Counted from the stretch's first letter, positions 11,798 through 25,100 are shown. The stretch is DNA of 64,000 bases from the human T2T-CHM13v2.0 reference genome, Homo sapiens (GCF_009914755.1 NC_060931.1); one strand, 5' to 3'. Numbers and translations: made by a program. Notes: a model not told the origin generated them from the letters alone.

Positions 11798-12216
11798 AAG
11801 AAAAAAGAGTAAAAATAAATAATTGCTAGGCCCAGATCAAGGAGAAGACAGAGATCCAGAGATAAGGGCTTGATATCTGGAACTTACTCAACCTTGGGGT
11901 GTTTGCTTATTCTAAGAGATTCATAGCACATTAATTTATAGCCTCCTCTGCTAAAGGAACAAAGGTGGAAGAACATGTCGACTTAAATGTGGGAGGCCTT
12001 ATTAAATTACGTGAATTTGTATGAGACCCAAGAGGGCTATATCCTTAAAATAAGGCTAAACTAGAAGTTAACTGCTCCTCCCCAAGACTTTATCCCAACT
12101 GCAAATTATCTTAATACCTGAAATTCTATTAAGATGGTTCTAGATTGTCAATGCCCCAGACACATGAGAGAGGTAAACATAAAACTTTTGTTTATGTTTT
12201 AAATTTAAATTTAAAC

Positions 12217-12322
12217 TGCATTCCAGTAATATTTAGAATATTACTAGAATGCATTCCAGAAATATTTAGAATATTACTAGAATGCATTCTAGTAATATTT
12301 AGATTGCATTCTAGTAATATTT
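12217..12322. repeat. Palindromic 33-bp tandem array
   Basis: Unit TGCATTCCAGTAATATTTAGAATATTACTAGAA twice plus two partial copies. Contains a perfect 30-bp palindrome at 12270-12299. Confidence 0.92.
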
Positions 12323-13766
12323 CTGAAAACCAATGGACTAAAGCAGAATATTTTAAAGGCAACAACAGAATTAAAGATTGTCTTCAAAGAAAAGTCAATA
12401 ATACTAAGAAGCTATTAACCAGTTCAATAGAGACTAGAAGATAAACCCTTTTGAAATGACATTTTAAGGTGCTAAAATATAGCTGTTAAATTAGAATTCT
12501 ATGTCCATTAAAAATATTCACTAAGTATTAAGATAAGTACATTTATGGACAAGGAAAACAGAAAATATATCTCTGAAAAATCTACAGAAAAGGAAAAACT
12601 AAAGGGAAGTCTATAGGAAGAAAGAAAAATGTGCAAAAATTGCATTTCGTAAAAGCAAAAAAAAGAAAATAAAGAGCAAGAAAAGAAAAATGTTCTATCA
12701 CCTGCCGGCATTTACAATATATTAATGAACACAATGGTAGCACATAACTAATGATGTGGTAATAAGATTCAAAGGTCCTTAACAAAAGGTAAGGCCCCAA
12801 CTAACATTAGACTTTGGTAAGTCAAGATTAATGTGATAATTTTTAGGTTAAACACACAACATTTTTTAAAAGTAGGAAATGAGCAAACAAAGAAACCTAC
12901 AACAAGGGTGAAAAGTAGAAAGATCTCAGTAAAATAAATTTAAATCCAATTATATTAGTAATTACATTAAATATAAATGGATAAAAATCTAATCAAAGTT
13001 GCTATACTTGATTTCCTAAAATCACAGTTCTATTTTTTATTTACAGAAAATTAAAATACAGAAAACATAATAAAATAATGCAAAAAAAGTTATGCTACAT
13101 AAAGACAAATTAAAATAAAACTGACCTGGCAGTATTAACATGAGACAAAGGAAACATTTAGATAAAGAGCATTCCTAAAGAAAGAGAGGAAAATTTCATA
13201 GTGATAAAAGATTCAATGTAACAGAAATATATAATTCTAATTTTGTTTTCAACAAATCAATATTAGCTTACTATATATTAAACAAAAGATTATAGAACTA
13301 AAAATAGAAAAAAACTGATTCTGTAATTATATTTTTAAATGTTAGTGGAAATCTCTCTTTGATAGAACAAAGGGTACAAGTTAATAATAATTGACTAGAA
13401 GAGCTAAGCAACATTAATAAGAAATATAACTTAATGAAGATATTATAGTGTGTATATTAAGTGCTATATCATTGCATACAAGAACTGCAGAATATTGACA
13501 TACGAAGTTTCAGAATTGAACTGAGAGTATGTTCTCTGATTACCATGCAATTGAGGTTAAAAAAAATACTGAAAATTTAACTAGAAAAAATAAAATATTT
13601 GAAAATTAAGCTATACACATTTATATAACTCAGGAGATACAATGGATCACAATGCATATTAATAACTATGTTGAAGTTAATAATATTTAAAATATTACCT
13701 ATCAATCTTATGGGAGACAGGGAAAGCCATACTTAAAAAACAGTCTCTAATATATCTATCTGTATT

Positions 13767-13768
<2 letters not shown>

Positions 13769-13802
<34 letters not shown>
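13769..13802. repeat. (TG)n microsatellite
   Basis: Directly visible pure TG run. Confidence 0.97.
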
Positions 13803-13803
<1 letters not shown>

Positions 13804-14458
13804 TAAGAGGTTAAAAATAAAAATGAAGTAAATTCTAATAAAATATAAGGAAATAATTAAAATGGTAATCTAAAGATACATTAAAATAGTGTTGCTCAAA
13901 TTAAAAAATCATTCATTATAATATCTCTTAGAAAATACAAACACAAAAGAAATTTTGAAATTTAATACATGAAATCCATAAAAATGTGTAGCACACATTA
14001 TATTTAATGGTAAAATGTTCAAAACTTCCCCTTGGAAATCAGGACAAGACACTTCTTACCATCTTTCTCACTATTTAAGAATGTAGCTTAAGTCCTAGCC
14101 AGTGCACTAATAAAATACACATAAATTATAAATTTTAAAAATAGTAAGGAAGACATGGAAAAGCTATTTTATTAGATGATAGGATATTACATCTAAATAT
14201 TCAAAAGGAACCACAGTTGCATACCAAATTAATAAGTCAGTCTATCAGAATACCATGAACAGTATCAAAAACCAATTACATATCTACATACAAACATTTC
14301 TACTGATATACACAGGTTCAATTGGTAAATAATATAAGATGCCCATTTACAAAACAATAATATAAAAAAGCAAGCTAATAAAAGCTTTTAAGACTTCTAC
14401 AAAAACAATAGAATATTACTAAGAGGAATTTTAGAAAAACTAAGATGAAGAAATTCCT

Positions 14459-15084
14459 ACTGTAAACTAGTTCAACCATCGTGGAAGTCAGTGTGGCGAT
14501 TCCTCAGGGATCTAGAACTGGAAATACCATTTGACCCAGCCATCCCATTACTGGGTATATACCCAAAGGACTATAAATCATGCTGCTATAAAGACACATG
14601 CACACGCATGTTTATTGTGGCATTATTCACAATAGCAAAGACTTGGAACCAACCCAAATGTCCAACAATGATAGACTGGATTAAGAAAATGTGGCACATA
14701 TACACCATGGAATACTATGCAGCCATAAAAAATGATGAGTTCATGTCCTTTGTAGGGACATGGATGAAACTGGAAATCATCATTCTCAGTAAACTATCGC
14801 AAGAACAAAAAACCAAACACTGCATATTCTCACTCATAGGTGGGAATTGAACAATGAGATCACATGGACACAGGAAGGGGAACATGACACTCTGGGGACT
14901 GTTGTGGGGTGGGGGTAGGGGGGAGGGATAGCATTGGGAGATATACCTAATGCTAGATGACGAGTTAGTGGGTGCAGCGCACCAGCATGGCACATGTATA
15001 CATATGTAACTAACCTGCACGATGTGCACATGTACCCTAAAACTTAAAGTATAATAATAAAAAAAAAGAAAATTAAAAAAAAAA
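14459..15084 (+). mobile_element. Young 5'-truncated L1 (L1PA2-like)
   Basis: Near-consensus ORF2 end and 3'UTR. GATGACGAGTTAGTGG has the GAG rather than the Ta-type ACA diagnostic. Poly-A tail and exact 11-bp TSD AAGAAATTCCT at 14448-14458 and 15085-15095. Confidence 0.95.
14491..14850 (+). pseudogene. L1 ORF2p C-terminal fragment (promoterless, non-functional)
   Basis: Translation WRFLRDLELEIPFDPAIPLLGIYP...TWNQPKCP...KKMWHIYTMEYYAAIK...IGGN matches the L1 ORF2p C-terminus. Confidence 0.93.
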
Positions 15085-15319
15085 AAGAAATTCCTTGCCC
15101 ATATTCTACCGTCAATCCTTTTAAACATCCAGTGGTGAGAATGCTGTTAATTCATTATAATACAATCTACTTCCTTAAATAAATTAGAAGACATTTTGGA
15201 ACAGTTCTTCACAATGATAATTTTTTTTTATATTATTTAAATTTTTAATTTTTTTTCTCCAAAACGTAAAAGTTTAACTTTCACTTATTCTATTATCTTC
15301 AGTTCAAGTTATCTTTTTA

Positions 15320-15636
<317 letters not shown>

Positions 15637-17497
15637 AATGTATAATTTAATGTTTGTATTATATTTCAAATTTTGTCATGATTTTTTTCAACTCTCATAT
15701 TCATTTCTTTCTAATCATATTTCTCTTAATCTGATCCATATATGTTTATATCATAATGTTCCTTTTTCATAAGTAATCATATTTAATTGGCACATACTAT
15801 GTATGACAAATCATTTTTAAAAAATTTATTATGGTCTCTGTACTAAACCATTTTCTGACAATCTGTTCTTTCTCTAAGTAACTATGCTCTCTTTGCTTTT
15901 GCAAAATTGTTCCATAGGTCATATGTAATAGTTTGTTTTTTAAATTATTCTTGAATAATAGTAATTATGACAATAGCTCAATTTTTTAAATGCCAAATAA
16001 ATGCCAAATGCTGTATAATCTTCAAAATAACTCAACAGTTACACATGTGGGTAGAAAAGCTGAGGTTTGCATCCATATTTTTCTAATTGCAATGCCACCC
16101 ACACCATACAATTGCATGTTAGTCCTCCTTGAAGGAGATCTTTCCAAACCTATATTAATCACGTAGCCTCTTTGTTTGGATAGCCTTTTGTCTCTTCTCT
16201 GTCAACCTGGACAATCCCTTTATCACATCTAAAACAAAATAGCAGGCTGCTATGTTAGGAATTTTAATCGTATGTTCAGACTCTTGTAAGATTTCATTTA
16301 ATTATTTCTATAGGTCTATCCTGAAATCTTCTTTTCTACCTACTATTTGTTTTACTGCATGCATAGTGTATGAAAAGTATGTGAAAAACACTGCACTACT
16401 CTAAGAGATCTCTAGATGATGTTTCTGTCCAAAAAAAAAAAAAACTATTTCTAGAAAACACACCTGTGGTACGCAATACCTAATTATCAGCATCCTCCAT
16501 ATCTTGCTTAGTTGGTTTCTGGGAAATGCAGCTTTTGAATGGTTGTTGGGGGAGAAGTATTGCTGGAAGAAATGGATGACTGGGAATCATGTCTTTGTTA
16601 TTTTGAAAAACTCAAGTCATGTAATGCTTCTTGTAACTTATGCTTCTGAGCTAGAGTCTAGAGACCAGATTTAGAGAAGGAGGCAGGAGCTTATTCTGAC
16701 CCATAGAAGACAAGATGCGTTGAAATGCAATTGTTTCTTTCAATTCAGTTCCATTAGTCTTGGAGAAATTCTCTTTAGATTACAGCAGTAGTTTTGTCCA
16801 TTTTTTGTCCATTTTTTCTGTGTGAGTTTCAGTATATATTTCAATGGAAAATCAGGGAAGGCTATGACAGCCCTACCACATGCCATTTTAGGCCTCTGTT
16901 TTTATTCCTGCAATCTTCTACATACCTTTCAGGCAGAGGTATGATTTGAAAGGCATGCACAAACTGTTTTATGCTACTTTCCTACTTGCTTTTAAACGAT
17001 GAAGAATAGTGCTTAAAATTCTTTAGAAAATAGTCTTGGTTTGACAATATACCAATGGGATTTGAGAAAAATTTTACATTTCTTTACTTCAAAATGAAGT
17101 TAGCTTTAGGAACATCTCAGTAGTCACTAGATCATGAATGGTCAAACCTTTGGAAGAAGAGCCATAGAATAAAGTTAATAAAAAGGAAAGATTTCAAGGG
17201 TAATAAAAGAGGAGAAGGAGATCTTTTGGCAAATAATATTAAGTATCCAGTATTGAATGCAGACCATTTGAAGAAAAGTGGTACAAGGTAAAACACTTGA
17301 AAAGTATATTTTTAGAACCACTAAATATTAGAGTTAAAAGGAATTTAAATGTGTCTGTTCAACCACCTTTCTTTCCTCAGTTCTCATAGATACCTGCCAA
17401 ATAGTAGTCCAACCCATGCTTAATAATTCCAATGATCCATTTCATTTTTAAGCTTTTCTTTTAATGCTTTTACAGAGTTTAAACTTGTCACCACCCT

Positions 17498-17695
17498 AGG
17501 AGTTCAAGACCAAACTGGGCTACAAACTGAGACCCCCCCCCCCCAACTCTACAAAAATGTTTTAAAAACTTAGCTGGGCATGGTGACAGAAGCCTATGGT
17601 CCCAGGAATGTGAGGAACAGTGAGCTGTGTTTGTAACACTGAACTCCAGCCTACGCAACACATGAGACCCTGTTTCTTAAAAAAAAAAAAAAAAG
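17498..17695 (+). mobile_element. 5'-truncated, internally deleted old Alu (AluJ-like)
   Basis: AGGAGTTCAAGACCA...TTAGCTGGGCATGGTG...CAGTGAGCTGTG...ACTCCAGCCT...GAGACCCTGT then poly-A. TGTCACCA occurs in both flanks. Confidence 0.85.
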
Positions 17696-17979
17696 AAAAT
17701 CTGTCACCATATTATTTTGTATTTAGGAAGTGACAAAATAGAAGGATAAAGAAATTCATCAAGAATGTTGTTGGCTAGAAAAATATAAAGAAGGTAAGTT
17801 ATTCCAGAAAATAAAAAAAGAGGTAATTACAAATTTAAGTTGAGAGCTTTCTATATTTATAAAATGTAAAATTGAAAAAAAGTTGGGTTTTGTGTTTCTC
17901 TAATGAACTCTGAGCATTAAATATGCTGGAATGTAGACTAGAAAGAAATTTTTAATATTGTTTTGCCAAATTCCAGAGA

Positions 17980-18560
17980 TACATTGGGTGGGAACCTAGA
18001 GAGTTCTAATTACCTGATAAGGAGTTTAAAATTTATGCAATCGGCAACAGTAAACAATTAAATACAACTTATAGTATAAAGAATACCTTAGAAAGATTAT
18101 TTTGACAATAATATATTGGTTGAATTGAAGGTACAAAACCAGGAGGGGAAGAAGTTAGTATAAATAAGACCCTACATAAATCTGACCAGCGTGGTAGCCC
18201 TGAAAAATAGAAAAGATGGGATAGAAGTTAAAAATCGCAGGAGAAATAAATCTTGTAGGACCTAACAACTCATTGGATATAAAAAGCAAGGGAAAATAAA
18301 AGGGCTTAGGATAAAGCTTTCAGATTTTGAGCTTGTTTGAGTGAGATATGATGAGTTTCAGATTTTTGTTAAACATGACATACAAATAGAACACATATGT
18401 AGAAACATCCTATAAATAACTAGGAATATTGTATTAAGAAGAGAAGTCTAGCTAGGGTGAGTGAAGGGGAATATACAAAAATCATCAGCATGAAAGTGAC
18501 ATTGAAGCTCTGCATGGAGACCTAAAAACTGAGCATTCTTAGAGGCAGAAGATAAAAAAG
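17980..18560 (-). mobile_element. Diverged L2 fragments
   Basis: Purine-rich antisense L2-like motifs (TAGGACCTAACAACTCATTGGATAT, AATCATCAGCATGAAAGTG). Confidence 0.5.
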
Positions 18561-19756
18561 GCTTAGAGAAATAAAAATTGAAAGTATGAGGCAATGCTTC
18601 ATTATTTTACTAAGCAATATAGAACTTTTCCAAATTTTCTTAAACACATTTCCAATAGGCTTAGAACATGTGCCAAGACTCTAAAGAAGTCTATCAAAGT
18701 AAGAAGAATTTTATTCACTTGAAAAGTAACAAAGTTATTCAAGTAACATATAAATATTTATAATTTAAAAAGATACTAATCTATGTTTCTAAGATTTCAA
18801 GTGCTAGTTTAGATGACTCTGACATAGAAACCATTTTTATTTGAACTTGAGCAACTGTAACACCCAATATATTCCTGCAGCTCCTATTATATGTATGTTT
18901 TAATTGTAAGAGACTTCCTCATGTTGTTACAAAAAATATTAAGGATCCACTTGTCTGTGGTACTAGTTACAAGAATCAGTGTGTGTGTAAAAAGTAGACA
19001 CCAAAAAGAGCAAATTCTACTGTATTTCAATTAAAGATTTTTTTAAAAGAATTATTCTTTATCTTTCAGGCACCAATTCCTTTAATCAATCCCTAGTTTT
19101 GTAGCTAATTTTTTTCCTTCATTTATTGCTTCCTCTCTACCTTCACTGCCGTCATTATCTTTCTTCTTATCCCTTTTCTTTCTTTTTTCTCCTGTATCAT
19201 TACTTCTTACTGACTTAGATCCATTGTGCAAAAGCTTGACCAGTTATAAATCTTAAGTATACATTCAGTTTTAAAAGTGAAAAATAGAAAGCAAAAATCA
19301 ACTGTGTATCTTTTAAATTAGAAAAGTTTGCACATATAGAAATAAGTATTTTTAAATGTATTATTCATAATGTTATACTTGATAACATGGGATATACATT
19401 CAAACAAGACTGATACAATTTTTATACCAGAAATTTACTAATTTTGTGATAAAATTTGAAGGAAATATAGAACTTATTGACTTTTTAAAATCATGTAGAC
19501 AAATGGGAGTTTGGCAAATTAGTGGTTTATTGCAGTCAATGAATCAAGTAAAAAGCTGAAACCAGAATGGAACGTTTTAGGCTTCATTTTTTAATGATAA
19601 CTCTGGCAAAAAAAAAAAGTATGCTAAAAAATGTGTCTTCTAGGTTTGGTGAAGAGTTGAGAGATCAATAGGAATGAAAAGGATTTATTTCTCTTTGAGG
19701 TCAAGAGTGAAAACTTTGGTTTATGTTTCCATGAGGGAGTTTGTCAGATAAATACT

Positions 19757-20310
19757 AGTTCATTCACTCATTCATCCAAAAAATATTTACTACATAATTT
19801 ACTGCATGCCAGACACTAATTGTTTGGATAAGTGAATAAACAAAACTAATATCTTTGCAAATAGTAGCTCTTCAGCACAGAGGAAGGTGATAAACATTAA
19901 GGTAATTCTGTAGCATTCTGGAAGGCACTAAGAGCCATAGAAAAATAAAGAGCGATATAAAGGGAATCAGGATTGCCAGGGCTTAAAGGGGCAGGTTTCA
20001 ATTTTAAAAAGAATAGTTGAGGGATGCCTAGATTACATGTAACAATAGAACAAAGACTCAATAGAGTTGATTGAACTAGACATATGGCTATTTGGGAAGA
20101 GATTTCTGAACAGGAAACATAGATACAGATTTCCTAATGCCAAGAATGCGCCTGATGTAGTGAAGGAAGGACAAGGCAGCCAGTGGCTAGATTATTGAGA
20201 GACAGGGTAAAAATAATGGGAGATAAACTTATAAAGACAAAGAGTTAGGCTGTTGAAACTGACCTGCTAGGACCTTGTAGGCCATAGTGAGGACTTGGGC
20301 TTACCAAAAT
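19757..20310 (-). mobile_element. L2 (3' end)
   Basis: TTCATTCACTCATTCATCCAAAAATATTTA is the reverse complement of the L2 tail. Also ATGCCAGACACT and GGACCTTGTAGGCCATAGTGAGGACTTGGGCTT. Confidence 0.8.
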
Positions 20311-20427
20311 TGAAAAAAAAAATGAAAATGAGAAAGAATGCAGGAGAAGGAGTACAGAGTGTGTAGCATGCATTTGAAATGGTTAACTCAAGTAGGACTC
20401 ACCAGACACCAAACTTGTTGGTACCTT

Positions 20428-23400
20428 GACAAAACTTCAGGGAGAAATAGAGCAATACAATTGTCTTACTCTGTTTGGGCTGCCATAAGAGAATACCATT
20501 AACTGGGTAGCTTACCCAGTTTCACAAAGTTCTGGATCAAAGTTCAAAATCAAGGCATCAGCAGATTTGGTGTCTGGTGAGGGCCTACTTGCTGGTTCAT
20601 AGAAAGCACCTTCTTGCTGTGCCCCATGTAGTTAAAGGCAAAGGATCACTTCGGGGCTTCTTACAAGGCACTGATTCAGTTCATAAGAACTCTGCCATTG
20701 TATTCTAATCACCTCTCAAACACAGTGCCTCCTAATAATATTACTTAAGGGCCAGGCTTTAAACATGAATTTTAGGGAACAGAAACATTCAGACTATAGC
20801 AACAATAATAGTAGAAAACTTCAAAATACCACTTTCAGTAATAGACAGAACATGCAGACTGAAGATCAGTGAGGAAAAAGAGAACTTCAACAACACTATA
20901 GACCAAATGGACCTAGTAAACTACACAGAACATTCTACTCAAAACATCAAAATACACATCCTTCTCAAGAACACATAGAATATTCTCCAGAGTAGCTTAC
21001 ATGTTAGGTCACAAAATAAGTATTAACAACTTTGGAAAAAATAGTATTTAACAAAATATCTTTTCTCACTACAATAGAATAAACCTAGAAATCAGTCATA
21101 GAAGAAAGATTGGAAAATTCGCAAATATCTGGAAAGTAAACAACATCTTCTTGAACAATCACTGTCATGAAGAAATCAAAAAGAAAATTAAAAAAAAAGA
21201 GAAACAACTAAAACCAAAAACTAAAAAAGAAGATAAAAATGAGAACACAATAGACCAAAACTAATGGGATGCATCAAAAGCAGTCCTAAGAAGGAAGTTT
21301 ATTGGGATAACCCTACCTTAAAATGAAAAATATGTTTCAAGTAAACAACCTGACTTTATACCCCAAGGAACTATAAAAAGAAGAATAAGGTAAGCTCAAA
21401 GTTAGAGGAAGAAAGGAAACAACAAAAAGTGAAACAAAAGAAAATAACAAGTGGAATTTTATTTCTTTTCTAAATAAAAGAAATGAAACATAGAAAACAA
21501 TTTTAAAAATCAATGACGCTGAGTTTTCTTAAAAAAGATACACAATATTGGCAAACCCTTAGCTAGAACAAGAAAAATAAAAGACTCAAATAAATAAATA
21601 AATTAGAAATCAAAGTGGAGACATTACAACTGATGCACCAGCAATACAGAGAATCACAAGATACTACTATGAATAATATATCCCAACAAACTGGATAACC
21701 TAGGAGAAATGGGCAAATTCCTATAAACACACAACTCACCAATACTAAATCATAAAGAAATAGAAAGTCTATCTATAGTTATAGTCTACCAATCTATTAC
21801 TAGTATGGAGATTGAAACAATAATCAAAAACTTCCCGAAGCAAAGAAAATTCCAGGACTAGATGGTTTCTCTAGTGAATTCTATCAAACACTTAAAAAAC
21901 ACTTGACTGCAATATTTTTCAAACTTTTCCAAAAACCTGAAGAGGAAGGAGCACTTCTAAATTAATTTTATGGGGCTAGCATTATCTTGACACTTCAGCT
22001 AGACAAAGATATGAAACTACAGTCCACCGTATTGTGATAAATATAGACGCAAAGTCCTCACGAATATGTTAGTAAACCAAATCCAACAGAAATTAAAATG
22101 ATCATACACTATGACCAAGTGGGATTCTTCTCTGGGATTCAAGAATTGTTCAACAGATACAAATCAATAAATATGATACACCATATTAACAGAATGAAGG
22201 ATAAAAATCACGTGAACATCTCAATAGATGCAGGAAAACATTTAACAAAATTCAACACCCTTTCAAAATAAAAACTCTATGAAACCTCAAAATATGAGAA
22301 AAGTACTTCAACATAACAAAGACTGTATCTGAAAAGTCCACAGCTTAACATTACATTCAGTGATGAAACTGAAAGCTTTACCTCTAAGATCAGAAATGAG
22401 AAGTATTCCCACCACTTCTATTCAACATAGTACTTGAAATCTCACCCAGAGTAAGAAAAGCATAAAAAAGGAAGAAGAAAAATTGTCCTTGTTTGAAAAT
22501 GACATGATCTTATAAACAGAAAAATAGAAAACCCAAATGTCTCCATTAAAAATTTGAAGAACTAATAAATTAATTCACTAAAATTGCAGAGTTTAGAGTC
22601 AACATGCAAAAATCAGTTGTGTTTCTATACATTAGCAAAAAACTATCTGAAAAGTAAATTAGGAAAACAGTCACATTTACAGTAACAGCAAAAAGAGTAA
22701 AATACTCAGGAATAAACCTAACTAAGGAGGTGAAACACTTCCATACTGAACACTACAAAACACTGATGAAAAGAATTAATAAATACACACACAAATAGAA
22801 AGACATTATGTGTTCATGGATTAGAAGGCTTACTATTGTTAAAATGTTCAAAGTATCCAAAGCTATCCATTGCAATTCCTATCAAAATCCCAAAGGAAAT
22901 TTCTTCCAGAAGTAGAAAACTAATAAGCTTGAGAAGAAAGAAAGGAGATATCACACTTTCTAATTTCAAAATGTAGTACAAAGCTACAATAATCCAAACT
23001 ATACAGCAAAACTAAAAGCTTTTTCCTCTAAAACCAGAAATGAGGCAAAGAAGCTCACCCGCCATTTTTATTCAACATAGTGCTTGAAGTCCTAGCCAAA
23101 GCAAAAACAAAAAGAAGAACAATGATGGAATACATCAGTGGAAAAGAATAGAGAACCCAGATATAAACCCATTAGTATACAGTCAAGTAATTGTCAACAA
23201 AGATCCCAAAAACACACCATGTGGGAAGAATTATCTCTACAATAAATAGTGTTGGGAAAACTAGACATCTGTATAGGAAATAACGAAATAGAACCCTTAT
23301 CTCATTTTATATATAAAAAATCAACTCAAAATAGATTAGAAATACAAATGTAAAATCTGAAACTGTAAAATAAAGAAAACATAGAGAAAAAGTTTCATGA

Positions 23401-24475
23401 TACCGGTCTTGATAGGTTTTACTGATATAATACCCAAAGCACAGGCAACCAAATAAATAAATAAATAATTAGGGCTATATTAAACTAAAACATTTCTGCA
23501 TAGCAATCAATAGCACAAAAAGCAACTTCTGGAATGTCAGAAAATGTTTGCAAACCATATAACTAATAAGAGGTTAATCTCCAAAATACATAAAGAATTC
23601 TACAATTTGGTAGCAAAAGAACTAATAACTCAAATAAAAAATGAATAAAGGAAATGAATAAATATTTCTTTAAAGAAAACATACAGCTGTCCAACAGGTA
23701 TATGAAAAAAAGTTTAATGTTAGTAATCATTAGAGAAATGCAAATCAAAGTAATAATGAAATATCATCTCACGCCAATCAGGACGGCTATTATAAAAAAT
23801 AATAAGACAAGTATCAGTGTAGACGTGGAAAATGCGAACACTTGGACATTGTTGGTGGGACTACAAAATGATGCATTCATTATGGAAACCAGTATGGGGG
23901 TTCTTAAAAAAATAAAATTAGAAATGTAATATGATTCAGTAATCTCACTTCTGAATATTTAGCCAAAATAATTGAAATCAAGATCTCAAAGAAACATTAG
24001 CATACTCCTGCTCATTGCAGCACTATTTACAACAGCCAAGATGTGGAAACAACCTAAATGTTCATGGGCAGATGAATGGTTAATAAAAATGTGGTAAATA
24101 TGTAAAATATAATATTACTAAGCCTTAAAAAACGAAATTCTGCAATATGCAACACCACAATGAACCTCGAGGATATTATGCCAGGTGAAATAAGCCAGTC
24201 ACACAAAGACAAATACTACGTGACTCTACTTATATGAAGTATCTGAATTCATTAAATTTATAGAATGCAACAATGGTATGGTGGTTGCTAGGGGTTGGGC
24301 GGGGGGAGGAAGACACTGATCGATAAGTACAATACACCAGAGAAGTAAGATAAATAAGTTCTAGAGATTTGCTGTGAAACACTGTATCTATAGTCAAAAC
24401 ACTGTACTGTACACTTAAAAATTAAAAAGGGTAAATCTCATGTTAAGTGTTCTTACTACAATAAAATAAAATTTC
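20428..24475 (+). mobile_element. L1 (L1MA10/L1MB-like), ~3.7 kb decayed ORF2 plus 3'UTR, interrupted by an MLT1A LTR
   Basis: Continuous ORF2 homology (endonuclease end, CCAGGACTAGATGGTTTC, ATCTCAATAGATGCAGG, GACATGATCTTATA) and 3' end AAGGGTAAATCTCATGTTAAGTGTTCTTACTACAATAAAA. Many stop codons. Confidence 0.92.
20462..20801 (-). mobile_element. MLT1A/MLT1A0 MaLR solo LTR
   Basis: TG...CA termini (TGTCTTACTCTGTTTGGGCTGC...ACATTCAGACTATAGCA). Exact 5-bp TSD ACAAT at 20457-20461 and 20802-20806. Confidence 0.88.
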
Positions 24476-24519
24476 AAAATTGAATAAATTTCACATGGAG
24501 CAAATTACTCCTATTTTTA

Positions 24520-25100
24520 TAAACCACATAGTCAATTCTTAGTCCTCTTGGAACTTAACAAATCACAGCATTTGACAGTGTTATTCACTACCTCCTCATT
24601 TAGTTCAGGTGGCATCTAGGATGCACTTAGTTCAGGTGGCATCTAGGATGTCCTATTTTCCTTGTTTTTTCTCCTATCTCACTAATTTCTTCCAATAGTC
24701 TTTCTTCGGTTTATCTTCTTTTCTGCGATCCTTCCTTTAGTGATATCTTCAAGCCTTATTCTTTAAATGCCATGTATGTGCCAATAACTTCAAATCTGTA
24801 TCTCCAAACCAGAACTCTCCAGATTTTGGACTTGTATATCTAACTGTTTACTCAGGCTCTCCACATCAAGACTACTAATTTAACCCTCCGCTTGATCTCA
24901 TTTCATCTCTCTTCCGCACACAAATATGCACAACCCACTATATTCGTTTTCTCAGTTGACAGCAATTCCAGCCTTCCAGCTGGTCATTTAAGAAACTTTG
25001 AAGCATTTCCAATGTCTGTTTCTTTCACAGCCTTCATCCAGCCTATCAGGAAATTCTAGGTTGGTTCCATCTATTAAATATATCCATAATCTGAAACTCC
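24520..25100 (+). mobile_element. L2
   Basis: CAGCATTTGACAGTGTT...TTTAAATGCCATGTATGTGCCAATAACTTCAAATCTGTATCTCCA...CAGTTGACAGCAATTCCA are typical L2 ORF2 remnants. Confidence 0.75.
24597..24650. repeat. 27-bp tandem duplication
   Basis: CATTTAGTTCAGGTGGCATCTAGGATG / CACTTAGTTCAGGTGGCATCTAGGATG, one mismatch. Confidence 0.95.

Larger units (their letters stand above)
11810..14447 (+). mobile_element. Ancient, heavily deleted L1 (L1M/L1ME) 5'UTR-ORF1-ORF2 relic
   Basis: A-rich sense strand with endonuclease-region remnants (AGTAATTACATTAAATATAAATGG, GATAAAAGATTCAAT, TTCTCTGATTACCATGCAATT) and RT-region remnants (TTCCCCTTGGAAATCAGGACAAGAC, GTCCTAGCCAGTGCA). No open frame. Confidence 0.75.

Noticed and set aside
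12145-12444. 99-aa ORF with a repeated CIPxIFRILLE motif
   Set aside because: A by-product of the 33-bp DNA array. It has a TTG start and lies within a decayed L1.
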